This document shows positions 38,922 to 47,639 of a DNA stretch of 64,000 nt, piece after piece. The number at the start of each line of letters is the position of its first letter. Position 1 is the first letter of the stretch. The stretch is taken from assembly GCA_012103325.1 (NCBI GenBank), contig WLWY01000006.1, positions 337,087-401,086 on the forward strand. The letters are read 5' to 3'. The notes beneath the pieces were generated by a model, which ran no database searches, was not told the origin of the DNA, and saw only the letters and a list, made by a program, of their open reading frames with translations. This DNA comes from Alphaproteobacteria bacterium. GTDB lineage: Bacteria; Pseudomonadota; Alphaproteobacteria; UBA8366; GCA-2717185. The translations under genes were made by a program, and so were the position numbers.

Positions 38922-40220
38922 ATGGAATGGGCAGAATATTTTCAGACAGCCCGAGAGTGGCTTACCGACACGGGACTCTGGAAACAGGTACTCGAGCACG
39001 CCAACATATTGGCGACCATCGGCGGGGCGGCCGGATTTTTCGTTCTCGTTTACAACGTGCCGTCCATCCGACGTCGACGGCGGGAAGCAAACGAAGACCG
39101 CCAACGCAATCTGGAACAGAGTCAGCAGATCGGCGAAGTCCACGCAGGATTCGAGATGCTGGCGCGGAGGCTGACGGAATCCGCCGCCGCAACGTCGCCA
39201 GGACCTCAACGGATCGAACAAATCAGCGATGCGCTCGAAGCCGCCGAAGAAGACGCGGAAACCGGCGATGCGCGCATGGCGGAAGCGCTGGACTTGCTCG
39301 AAAACAATCAAACGGACAAAGCGCTGCTTCTCTTCCGTGCGGTGGCGGAAGAGAAGTCCGAACGCATTGCGAAAGACAGCCAAGACGCCGCTGCCGCCTG
39401 GCGGCATGTCGGTGCGATCGCCGGCTTGGCGGACCCCGCGCAAGCGCGCGCCGCGTATGCCAAGGCCGTTGAGCTGGACCCCACCAATCCGGAAAGCCAG
39501 TTTTGGCATGGCTGGCTGCAGATGGATGCCGGGCAAATCGCCGCAGCGCGGACAGCGTTCGAGCGTGTGCTGTCCCTGGCCAATACAGGCGCGACGAACC
39601 GCCATATCTTCTGGTCGCGAATTGGAATCGTCGATGTGCTGGTCGCCCAGGGAAACCTCGCCGACGCCCTGGTCAGTTACCGCGCCGCGATGGCCATCGC
39701 CGAGCGTCTCGCCGTAGACGATCCCCACAATGCCGAATGGCAGCGCGACCTCTCCGTGTCGCACAACAAGATCGGCGACGTGCTGGTCGCCCAGGGAAAC
39801 CTCGCCGACGCCCTGGTCAGTTACCGCGCCGCGATGGCCATCAGAGAGCGTCTCGCCGAAGACGATCCCCACAATGCCGGATGGCAGCGCGACCTCTCCG
39901 TGTCGCACAACAAGATCGGCGACGTGCTGGTCGCCCAGAGAAACCTCGCCGACGCCCTGGTCAGTTACCGCGCCGCGATGACCATCGTCGAGCGTCTCGC
40001 CGAAGACGATCCCCACAATGCCGGATGGCAGCGCGACCTGGCCTTAAGCTATGGCCGTGTCGCGACGATCCAAGTACGAGAAGCGAAACGCGATGACGCC
40101 CTGCTAGGGTTCAATAAAGGCCGGGCGATCATCGCTACCCTGGCGGTAGCGTCACCAGACAACGCGACGCTACCGAACGATTTAGCGTGGTTCGACCGGC
40201 AAATTGCCGTCCTCGATTAA
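38922..40220 (+). CDS. Membrane-anchored tetratricopeptide repeat protein
   Basis: N-terminal hydrophobic helix, TPRs (AYAKAVELDP) and three 48-aa repeats (..DVLVAQ.NLADALVSYRAAM.I.ERLA.DDPHNA.WQRDL). Confidence 0.85.
   Translation: MEWAEYFQTAREWLTDTGLWKQVLEHANILATIGGAAGFFVLVYNVPSIRRRRREANEDRQRNLEQSQQIGEVHAGFEMLARRLTESAAATSPGPQRIEQISDALEAAEEDAETGDARMAEALDLLENNQTDKALLLFRAVAEEKSERIAKDSQDAAAAWRHVGAIAGLADPAQARAAYAKAVELDPTNPESQFWHGWLQMDAGQIAAARTAFERVLSLANTGATNRHIFWSRIGIVDVLVAQGNLADALVSYRAAMAIAERLAVDDPHNAEWQRDLSVSHNKIGDVLVAQGNLADALVSYRAAMAIRERLAEDDPHNAGWQRDLSVSHNKIGDVLVAQRNLADALVSYRAAMTIVERLAEDDPHNAGWQRDLALSYGRVATIQVREAKRDDALLGFNKGRAIIATLAVASPDNATLPNDLAWFDRQIAVLD
39627..40038 (+). repeat. About three near-identical 144-bp tandem units in the TPR gene
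   Basis: Units begin at 39627, 39771 and 39915. Confidence 0.9.
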
Positions 40221-40345
40221 AGGCTCAAACCCGCATCGAAAACCCGGGACAGAAGCCGCGTCCACGTGTCAGCTTCAATCGAAGACAGCAGCAATTTTTT
40301 TCTGCTACCATTGCCCTAAACGCCAACAACTGCGGCTGATAACCC

Positions 40346-41656
40346 ATGGACGATAGGACCACCTTCATCGAAGACCGGCTCGACGACGGCGTCTTTCGCA
40401 TCGATCGGGGTATCTATACGCAGCCGGAGATATTCGCGGCCGAGATGGATCGCGTCTTCGGGCATACCTGGGTTTATCTGTGCCATGAGAGCCAGGTGTC
40501 AGAATACGGCGACTATTACGCGACCGATATCGGCCGACAGCCGGTCTTCGTTATCCGCCAGGAAGACGGCGGGTTGGGCGCGTTCATCAATGCCTGCGCG
40601 CATCGCGGCGCAATCCTGACGCCACGCCGGCGCGGCACCATGCAGACCATCGCCTGCCGGTTCCATGGCTGGTGCTACAACACGAAGGGCCAGTGCACAC
40701 ATATCAAAAACGAAGAAACCGGCTGGTTGAACGGATCAGAAAGCGCCCGGCAAGGGCTGACACCCGTACCGCGCATGGCGAGCTACAAGGGGTTCGTGTT
40801 TGGCTGCCTCGATGAGAACATCGAACCGCTGGAAGACCATCTCGGCGAAACGCTGCCCTTCATCGACCATTTGGCGGATCAATCGCCGGAAGGTCTCGAA
40901 GTCGTGCGCGGCGGCCAGACCTACATGGTGCGGGGTAACTGGAAACTGAACGCGGAGAATGGCGTCGACGGCTATCACGTCAGCACCGTGCACAAGGTCT
41001 TCGTGAAGGCGATGGAGAAGCGCGAGCAGCTCGGCGACAACGACGGTCTTCGCCGCACCGAGTCGGGACGGCTGCGCGGGACGCAGCCCGCCGGCTGCTA
41101 CGATTTCGGCAATGGCCACAACATGATCTGGTCCGACCGCGAAACGCCCGAAGTGATGCCACTCTACGAATCCGAAGGCCGGCTGTTGGAAGAATTTCCA
41201 AAGGAGAAAGTGGACTGGATGCTGCGGCGCGGTCGCAACCTGTTTCTGTTCCCCAACGTGCACCTGATGGACCAGCCTTCGACGCAAATCCGCGTCACGC
41301 GGCCGATTGCGCCGGACCGCACCGAAGTCCGGGTCTATTGCATCGCGCCCAAGGGCGAGAGCCGCTCAGCGCGGGCCGCACGGCTGCGCAAGTTCGAGGA
41401 TTTCTACACCGTCACCGGCATGGCGACGCCGGACGATCTCGCCGCCCTGGAAGATTGCCAATATGGCGCGCAAGGAACGGCGTCACGGTGGAGCGGGTTG
41501 GAGCGCGGCCTCGGCATCGCGCTGGATGGTCCGGACGGACCCGCACGCGGGATCGGGGCGAACCCGGTTTCCAGCGGCACGACCTACGATCAGGAAACGC
41601 TCTATTACGGCTTCTTCCGAAAGTGGCGGTCGCTGATGGGCGACGCGGCGGACTAG
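40346..41656 (+). CDS. Rieske aromatic ring-hydroxylating dioxygenase, alpha subunit (benzoate/anthranilate-like)
   Basis: Rieske motif CAH...CRFHGW, NWKL..EN.VDGYHV..VH and TPDD. Confidence 0.9.
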   Translation: MDDRTTFIEDRLDDGVFRIDRGIYTQPEIFAAEMDRVFGHTWVYLCHESQVSEYGDYYATDIGRQPVFVIRQEDGGLGAFINACAHRGAILTPRRRGTMQTIACRFHGWCYNTKGQCTHIKNEETGWLNGSESARQGLTPVPRMASYKGFVFGCLDENIEPLEDHLGETLPFIDHLADQSPEGLEVVRGGQTYMVRGNWKLNAENGVDGYHVSTVHKVFVKAMEKREQLGDNDGLRRTESGRLRGTQPAGCYDFGNGHNMIWSDRETPEVMPLYESEGRLLEEFPKEKVDWMLRRGRNLFLFPNVHLMDQPSTQIRVTRPIAPDRTEVRVYCIAPKGESRSARAARLRKFEDFYTVTGMATPDDLAALEDCQYGAQGTASRWSGLERGLGIALDGPDGPARGIGANPVSSGTTYDQETLYYGFFRKWRSLMGDAAD

Positions 41657-42151
41657 ATGTCTTCAGGAACATACGAAGCGGTGCGCGACCTGCTGCACCT
41701 GGAAGCCGATCTGCTCGACCGGCGGCAATGGGATGAATGGTTGGCGCTATACATACAGGACTGCGTCTATTGGGTGCCGTCCTGGGCGACCGAGGACGAG
41801 CTGACCGAGGACCCGGAGCTTGAGGTAAACATGATTTACCTCACTGGGAAACCCAGTCTCGAGGCGCGCATCTACCGCATCCAGTCCGGCCAAGCCTACG
41901 CGACCTCGCCGCTGGCGCGGACCAGTCACCTGGTCGATACCATCCGCCTGCTGGACGAAGACGATGAAAAAATCGAAGCCTCGGCGAAATGGCTGGCGTT
42001 CTCCCTGGACGCTCGGTGGGGCAAGCAGATCCGTGGCGGTTGGTATGAATATCAATTACACCGGTCCGACGATGGGCTGCGCATCGCGCAAAAGAAAATC
42101 GTGCTGCTCGAAAACGTCATCGACGGCGCCATCGACATTCACCAAATCTGA
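41657..42151 (+). CDS. Ring-hydroxylating dioxygenase beta subunit
   Basis: EA.LLD...WDEWL.LY..DC.YWVP.W, RT.H and KKI.L motifs. Confidence 0.88.
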   Translation: MSSGTYEAVRDLLHLEADLLDRRQWDEWLALYIQDCVYWVPSWATEDELTEDPELEVNMIYLTGKPSLEARIYRIQSGQAYATSPLARTSHLVDTIRLLDEDDEKIEASAKWLAFSLDARWGKQIRGGWYEYQLHRSDDGLRIAQKKIVLLENVIDGAIDIHQI

Positions 42152-42161
42152 CAGGCATCTC

Positions 42162-43196
42162 ATGCTCGCATTATCCAAAACGGCCGACGGTGTCGGCGGC
42201 ATCGCCCTAACCGAACACGATGTGCCAAACCCGGGACCCGGCGAATTCCGGCTGAAGGTCGCCGCCGCCGGCATCTGCGGCACCGATATGCAGATCTATC
42301 ACTGGGCGCCGCGCATGGCCCGCCGCATGGCGCTGCCGCGTATCTTGGGACACGAAGTGAGCGGTGTTGTCGAAGCGGTCGGCGCCAATGTCACCCGAGT
42401 CGCGCTGGGCGACCATGTCTCCCTGGAAAGCCATATCTATTGCGGAGAATGCGTGCCCTGCAAACGGGACCGCGCGCATCTTTGCGACGCAACCCGGTAT
42501 CCCGGGATCGATATCGACGGCGCCTTCGCCAGCCATATCGCGGTGCCGGAAAGCATCGCCTGGAAAAATCCGAAAGACCTGCCCCACGAAGATGCCGCGA
42601 TGCTGGAGCCGTTCGGCATCGCCGTGCATGCCTGTCTGGAAGGCTCCGGCGTCAAGGATCAAAGCGTGCTCGTCAATGGCTGCGGCCCCATCGGATTGAT
42701 GGCGGTGGCCGCCTCACGCGCCTTGGGCGCCGAGACGATTATCGCTGCCGACCCAAATCCATTGCGACGCGCGCAGGCCTTGAAGTCAGGCGCGGATCAC
42801 GCTTTCGACCCAACGACCATCGATCTCGTCGCCGCCATTGCTGATGTCACCGATAATGTCGGTGTCGACGCGGCCATCGAGTTTTCCGGCCAGCCAAACG
42901 GGTTCCGCGCCAGCATCGAAGCCGTCTGCAAAGGCGGCGATTTCCGCCTTGTCGGCGCGCCGGCGCATCCGCTGGAAATCGACCTGACCCGCTGGCTGCT
43001 GCGCTGCCCGCGCATCATCAACATCCATGGGCGGCGCATCTGGGAAAGTTGGGAGGCTTCGACGCGTCTCGTCCAGGACGGCGCCATCGACCTCGCCCCG
43101 ATCCGCAGTCATGTCCTGCCGCTGTCGGAAGGCATGCGGGGCTTCGATCTCATCCTCAAAGGCGAAGCCCTGAAACCGATCCTAATCCCCGACTAA
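42162..43196 (+). CDS. Zn-dependent medium-chain dehydrogenase (Tdh-like)
   Basis: GICGTD, GHE.SG, CGEC..C.......C and GCGPIG motifs. Start at ATG 42162. Confidence 0.85.
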   Translation: MLALSKTADGVGGIALTEHDVPNPGPGEFRLKVAAAGICGTDMQIYHWAPRMARRMALPRILGHEVSGVVEAVGANVTRVALGDHVSLESHIYCGECVPCKRDRAHLCDATRYPGIDIDGAFASHIAVPESIAWKNPKDLPHEDAAMLEPFGIAVHACLEGSGVKDQSVLVNGCGPIGLMAVAASRALGAETIIAADPNPLRRAQALKSGADHAFDPTTIDLVAAIADVTDNVGVDAAIEFSGQPNGFRASIEAVCKGGDFRLVGAPAHPLEIDLTRWLLRCPRIINIHGRRIWESWEASTRLVQDGAIDLAPIRSHVLPLSEGMRGFDLILKGEALKPILIPD

Positions 43197-44573
43197 GGTC
43201 GCGCTAATCAGATCAGCCGTCTTGTCCAGCGTGTCGATCCTCGAACACGTCTCTATCAACGCTTCAAACTGATCCGGTGAGATCGGCAAGCCCGGCTTGA
43301 GTTCGCGGATCCGCTGCGCCTCTTCCTCGAAGTTCCAGATAAACTCGCGACCGGTCGCCACTTTGGTGAAGCTGCGGCCGTCCTTCATATGGATCGTCAC
43401 GGTTGGTCCGAACAGCGTGTGTGCATGGACGGGCACTATGGTCACCCGCTTCATGAGGTCCAGGACCTCCGGCGGGTCGGCCTCACCAACACCGCGCGCT
43501 ACATTTTTGAGCAGCGGGAAACCGCGCTTCACCACGCCATAGGCCGCGTAATAATGCGGGCTGTCGATCTTCGGCATGGTGCCGCGCGACGGAAAAGCGG
43601 GGCTCGGATACTGGGTTTCCAGGAAGTTGACCTGTGTAACGACCCGGTCGACGTCCGCCGGCTGAATATCCTGCTCCGCGCACAGCGCCGCGGTCACATC
43701 GACATGGGCAATGTTATAACCAGGCGTCGAATAGATCCGGTACAGCGTTTCCAGGAACATCCAGTCGTTGCCGAGACCCGCCGTCAGCGTGTCGAGACTG
43801 GTCGCATTGTCGCCCGTGAAGCTGTAGCGCAGCTTGCCCAGATTGTTGCCGGTGTAGGAATGATAGAAACCGCCCTCGCCTTCCAGCACCGTTTCGCCGC
43901 CGGGCGTGCCATGCCGCGCCATCGCCACGGCCAACAAGGCATTCCGCACCGCGCCACCTTCGCGCAGTGATTTGCCGCCGCTGCGCGCACCCTCGACATT
44001 GCCGCTGGCCAGATTGACGCATTGTGTGATGGCGCCATGGATTTGCTCGGCGTCCAATCCGGTGATCTTGGCGATGGCGATGGCCGCACCGAAGATCCCG
44101 AAAACCGGACCGGGGTGAAACCCGCGCGACATCACCGTCGGAATGACGTCGGCCGCCATCCGCAGCATGACCTCGTAGCCCGCGACGATGCCGGTGATGT
44201 AATCCCGCCCCGAAGCGCCTTCGAGTTCGGCCGACACCAGCCCAGCGGGCAGGATCGCGCAGCCGGGATGGGTCAGCATACGGAACGTGTCCCACTTGCC
44301 GCCGGCAAACATCATTTCCGAGTTGACCAGCGCCGCCCCCGCCTTGGTAAGGCGCACACCGTCGACCAGAACCGTCGCCGCACCGCCGCCGCCGGCCTCT
44401 TCCTCCTGCATCATGCGCAGCGCCTGCTCGGCATCCGGCGTGTCGCGCCCGATCAGCGCCGACGCCAGCCCGTGCAAGGTCACACCCTTGGCCCGGTCCA
44501 CCACGTCCGGCGGCAGGTCTTCGTACTTTAGCCCAGCCACCCATTCGGCAAACTGCCGGCTGATTGACGCCAT
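43182..44573 (-). CDS. MmgE/PrpD family protein
   Basis: L.YEDLP.DVV, THPG, GYEV, GFH and EG..GF motifs. Confidence 0.85.
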   Translation of the reverse strand: MASISRQFAEWVAGLKYEDLPPDVVDRAKGVTLHGLASALIGRDTPDAEQALRMMQEEEAGGGGAATVLVDGVRLTKAGAALVNSEMMFAGGKWDTFRMLTHPGCAILPAGLVSAELEGASGRDYITGIVAGYEVMLRMAADVIPTVMSRGFHPGPVFGIFGAAIAIAKITGLDAEQIHGAITQCVNLASGNVEGARSGGKSLREGGAVRNALLAVAMARHGTPGGETVLEGEGGFYHSYTGNNLGKLRYSFTGDNATSLDTLTAGLGNDWMFLETLYRIYSTPGYNIAHVDVTAALCAEQDIQPADVDRVVTQVNFLETQYPSPAFPSRGTMPKIDSPHYYAAYGVVKRGFPLLKNVARGVGEADPPEVLDLMKRVTIVPVHAHTLFGPTVTIHMKDGRSFTKVATGREFIWNFEEEAQRIRELKPGLPISPDQFEALIETCSRIDTLDKTADLISATLVGD

Positions 44574-44698
44574 GCGCCGTCCTCCCCTGCTCGATTTGCG
44601 TCTTTGGGATGATGGTATCGCTTGTGGGACGCCATGAAAACGCTGGCTGGTAACTACCGGTTATCTACCGGGTGATTTGAGGGGGTGTAAAAAAACGC

Positions 44699-44741
44699 TT
44701 GATTATGAACGGCGTTCAATATACGTTTTGAACATTGTTCA
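44699..44741 (+). promoter_or_regulatory. Putative sigma70 promoter overlapped by two TetR-type operators
   Basis: -35 TTGATT (44699-44704), 17-bp spacer, -10 TACGTT (44722-44727). Palindromes TGAAC-GGC-GTTCA (44706-44718) and TGAAC-ATT-GTTCA (44729-44741). Confidence 0.7.
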
Positions 44742-44767
44742 TTATTGACCGAACAAAGGACGGAAAA

Positions 44768-45379
44768 ATGGCGCGCAGAGCCGATCATAGCCGCGAAGAG
44801 CTTTACGAGAATGCCCTTCAGGCGGCGCGGCAGATCGTCGAGGCGGACGGCTACCGGGCCCTGACGGCCCGCAATGTCGCAGACGCCATCGGTTATTCGC
44901 CGGGCACGCTGTATAACGTGTTCGAGAATCTCGACGATCTGATCGTCCATCTCAACGGGCGCACGCTGGACACGCTGCACGACAGGCTCGCCCCGCAGCA
45001 ACAAGCGGAAACGCCGGAAGCCGCGCTCGGCAAACTGCTCGACGGTTATCTGGGCTTCCTGGAAGCGCATCCCAACCTGTGGAACGTGCTGTTCGAGTAC
45101 AGCCTGCCACGCGGCCAGCAGCCGCCGGACTGGTATACGAGGAAGGTCAACAAGGTTCTCGGCCTTCTCGAAGCGGCCCTGTCTCCGCTATTCCCCGACG
45201 GCGACTCCGACGCGACCGGTCACGCGGCGCGGATTCTCTGGGCCGGCCTGCACGGTATCTGTTCCCTGTCCGACAGCGGCAAGCTGCAGGTTGTCACCAC
45301 GCAATCCGTCCGCGCGATGGCCGAAGGGCTCGTGGCGAACTACGTCACGGGCCTTCGGGTCAATCTCGGGAGGCAATAG
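44768..45379 (+). CDS. TetR/AcrR family regulator (WHG-type C-terminal domain)
   Basis: HTH LTARNVADAIGYSPGTLYNVF and LWAGLHGI. Start at ATG 44768. Confidence 0.92.
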   Translation: MARRADHSREELYENALQAARQIVEADGYRALTARNVADAIGYSPGTLYNVFENLDDLIVHLNGRTLDTLHDRLAPQQQAETPEAALGKLLDGYLGFLEAHPNLWNVLFEYSLPRGQQPPDWYTRKVNKVLGLLEAALSPLFPDGDSDATGHAARILWAGLHGICSLSDSGKLQVVTTQSVRAMAEGLVANYVTGLRVNLGRQ

Positions 45380-45382
45380 GTC

Positions 45383-46309
45383 ATGAGCGCTTCATCGCTT
45401 CTTCGCCTTCCCTGCGGACAAGAGGGTACGCACCCGTCACTTCCAATGCCGACCTTCGGAGGCTTGCAATTCTGGCGGGACACGCGTGTCAACGCGGGCT
45501 GGCGGATACAGCAAAACATCCGGACGGGGGCCGCGCGCCTGCTGGATCCGGCAAACCGGCAACAGTGCCGCGGCGACGAAAATTCCTGCCTCGCCCGTCT
45601 CGATGCGCTCAAGGCATCGCGTGGGATCGAACCGGCAAGCGATCACACCGTCCTGCTGCTACACGGCATCGCACGGTCGACAGGCACATTCAGAAAGCTG
45701 GAGGACGCGCTCCGCAATCAAGGCTATGACGCAACCGCCATCAGCTATCCCAGCACACGAACCGACATCGAAACCCACGCCGACGGTCTCGAAACGCTGC
45801 TGAGCCGGCTGGACCGCACGAAAACCGTCTCCTTCGTCACGCACAGCATGGGCGCGCTCGTCTTGCGGCACACATTGTCCCGGAAGGCGGACTGGATGGA
45901 ACGGATAACGGTCGGCAGAATCGTCATGATCGCACCGCCCAACCAAGGCGCCGCCGTCGCCGGTTTTCTGAAGAACATATCGCTCTACCGATGGCTCTAT
46001 GGACCGTCGGGGCAACAGCTCGTGCCCGGGACGGTCGCGGACATGCCCGGTCTCGAGGGGCGGGAAGTCGCCGTCATCGCCGGCGGCCGCGGAAACGGCA
46101 AAGGCTTCAATCCATTTTTACCCGGCGACGACGACGGCACCGTAACCGTCGCCGAAACTGAACTCGATGGCGTCCGGGACCGGATCGTCATCTCCTCCAC
46201 GCACAACGGAATTTCCAACCACCCCGACACCGTCAATGCGACCACCACTTTTTTGAGATCCGGCGGTCTTCGGGTGTCATCAACAGCAACAGGAGAAAAA
46301 AATGCATAA
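45383..46309 (+). CDS. Alpha/beta-fold hydrolase (lipase/esterase-like)
   Basis: Oxyanion LLHG, nucleophile THSMG, PPNQG, DDGTV (Asp) and STH (His). N-terminal PTFGGLQFW.D extension. Confidence 0.85.
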   Translation: MSASSLLRLPCGQEGTHPSLPMPTFGGLQFWRDTRVNAGWRIQQNIRTGAARLLDPANRQQCRGDENSCLARLDALKASRGIEPASDHTVLLLHGIARSTGTFRKLEDALRNQGYDATAISYPSTRTDIETHADGLETLLSRLDRTKTVSFVTHSMGALVLRHTLSRKADWMERITVGRIVMIAPPNQGAAVAGFLKNISLYRWLYGPSGQQLVPGTVADMPGLEGREVAVIAGGRGNGKGFNPFLPGDDDGTVTVAETELDGVRDRIVISSTHNGISNHPDTVNATTTFLRSGGLRVSSTATGEKNA

Positions 46310-46751
46310 TTTGTTCAAAGCCGGGATAATCGCTCTCGTCGCCGGTCAGGTGACAGCCGTATCGGCCACCGCATCCGCGAACAGTCAGACTCGCGCCTCA
46401 AAGGCATCAGCGGCAGCTCTGAGTCATATCGCCGATGGCAGCGTGTCGATCGTTCGCGGCAGCGGCACGATCCTCGAAGGCAGTTTCGAATTGGTCGTCG
46501 CATCCGCCACTTTCGTTGGCGACAGCACGGTCGTCGTGCTCAAGAATGTGTCGACCGGCGCGGAAATCGTTCTTGAAACGGCGGGCGAAGGCCTCCAGAA
46601 AATCTCTGAATTCACGGGGCACACGGTGCAGACCGTCGCCACATCCGCCGGCACGATCATAACCGAAGGTGCGAAAGTCGTCCTTTTCATTCCCAAAAAG
46701 ACGGTTGGCGCCCTCTTCGAAGCGTCGAACTATAAGGGGCAGGAACAATGA
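46302..46751 (+). CDS. Secreted hypothetical protein
   Basis: Signal-peptide-like N-terminus ending ..ATASA, beta-rich body, AGGAG RBS, overlaps both neighbours. Confidence 0.75.
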   Translation: MHNLFKAGIIALVAGQVTAVSATASANSQTRASKASAAALSHIADGSVSIVRGSGTILEGSFELVVASATFVGDSTVVVLKNVSTGAEIVLETAGEGLQKISEFTGHTVQTVATSAGTIITEGAKVVLFIPKKTVGALFEASNYKGQEQ

Positions 46752-47614
46752 ACCCGAAAGCGGGAATTCTGGCTCTTGGCCTCTGCATGACCATCGGAAT
46801 CAGCCATCATGCAGCGGCCGGCCAGAGCTGTGCCGCCCACGATATCACCGTCGGCGAGTTGCAATCGGCCCTTCATGTGGCAACCAAGGTTCGGACCGTT
46901 CTCGCTCAGGACAAATCCGAATTCGCGCTGATCGCGCGAGTCGGGAGCGATATCTCCGCCCATGGGCTCGAGTTCACGCATTTCGGGTTTGCCCAAAAAC
47001 GGGATAGGGACGGCGAGTGGGTTGTCGTGCACCAGCTAAATCCGTGCGCATCGGCAGAGTCCGGCCTTTTCCTGCAAGGTTTGGGCACCTTCATGCTGGA
47101 CGACTTGCTGACGCATGACGTGCTTGTCGTCACGCTGAGCGAAGCGATCAGCCGACAGCTCGAGCAGGTCTTCGCGGAAAACGGACCACATAAATTCTAC
47201 GACCCGCAGTACAATATGATTTCCTATCCGGGGACGCCCGTGAAATATCAGAACTCGAATGAATGGCTGCTTGAACTTCTGGCAAAAGCCCAGGCCGGTG
47301 CCGAAGGCGTGGCCATCGAGACCAGAACCGACGCGCATCGCTTCTATATCGAACGCGGCTTCAGGGGGTCCATTATTCGGATTTCGCCGTTGCGCCGCGC
47401 CGTCGCTTCGAGAGTATCGAAGAATATCCGGTTCGACGACCATCCTGAAACGAGCCACAGCAGCGGCCGATACGAAGTGGTGTCCGTCAAATCGATCGTC
47501 GACTACTTACAGGTAACGGGAGATGCTTCGAAAATCAGGAGAATTCAGGGAAGCTATCGCCGCGCCGACCGTCGGCCGAACGATCCTTCAAACGACGAAA
47601 CCGCGAGCGACTGA
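46748..47614 (+). CDS. DUF2145-like exported protein
   Basis: Signal peptide; ARVG.D.S.HGL.FTH.GF, VVHQLN.C....S.L..QGL..F, YN.ISYP...YQNSNEW..E and FDDHP. ATGA overlap with the upstream gene. Confidence 0.75.
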   Translation: MNPKAGILALGLCMTIGISHHAAAGQSCAAHDITVGELQSALHVATKVRTVLAQDKSEFALIARVGSDISAHGLEFTHFGFAQKRDRDGEWVVVHQLNPCASAESGLFLQGLGTFMLDDLLTHDVLVVTLSEAISRQLEQVFAENGPHKFYDPQYNMISYPGTPVKYQNSNEWLLELLAKAQAGAEGVAIETRTDAHRFYIERGFRGSIIRISPLRRAVASRVSKNIRFDDHPETSHSSGRYEVVSVKSIVDYLQVTGDASKIRRIQGSYRRADRRPNDPSNDETASD

Positions 47615-47639
47615 ACGCAGTATCGGCGAGGAGCAAGAG

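Noticed and set aside
39627-40038. CRISPR array or DGR template/variable repeat
   Set aside because: The repeats are in-frame coding units without spacers, and no cas or reverse transcriptase gene is present
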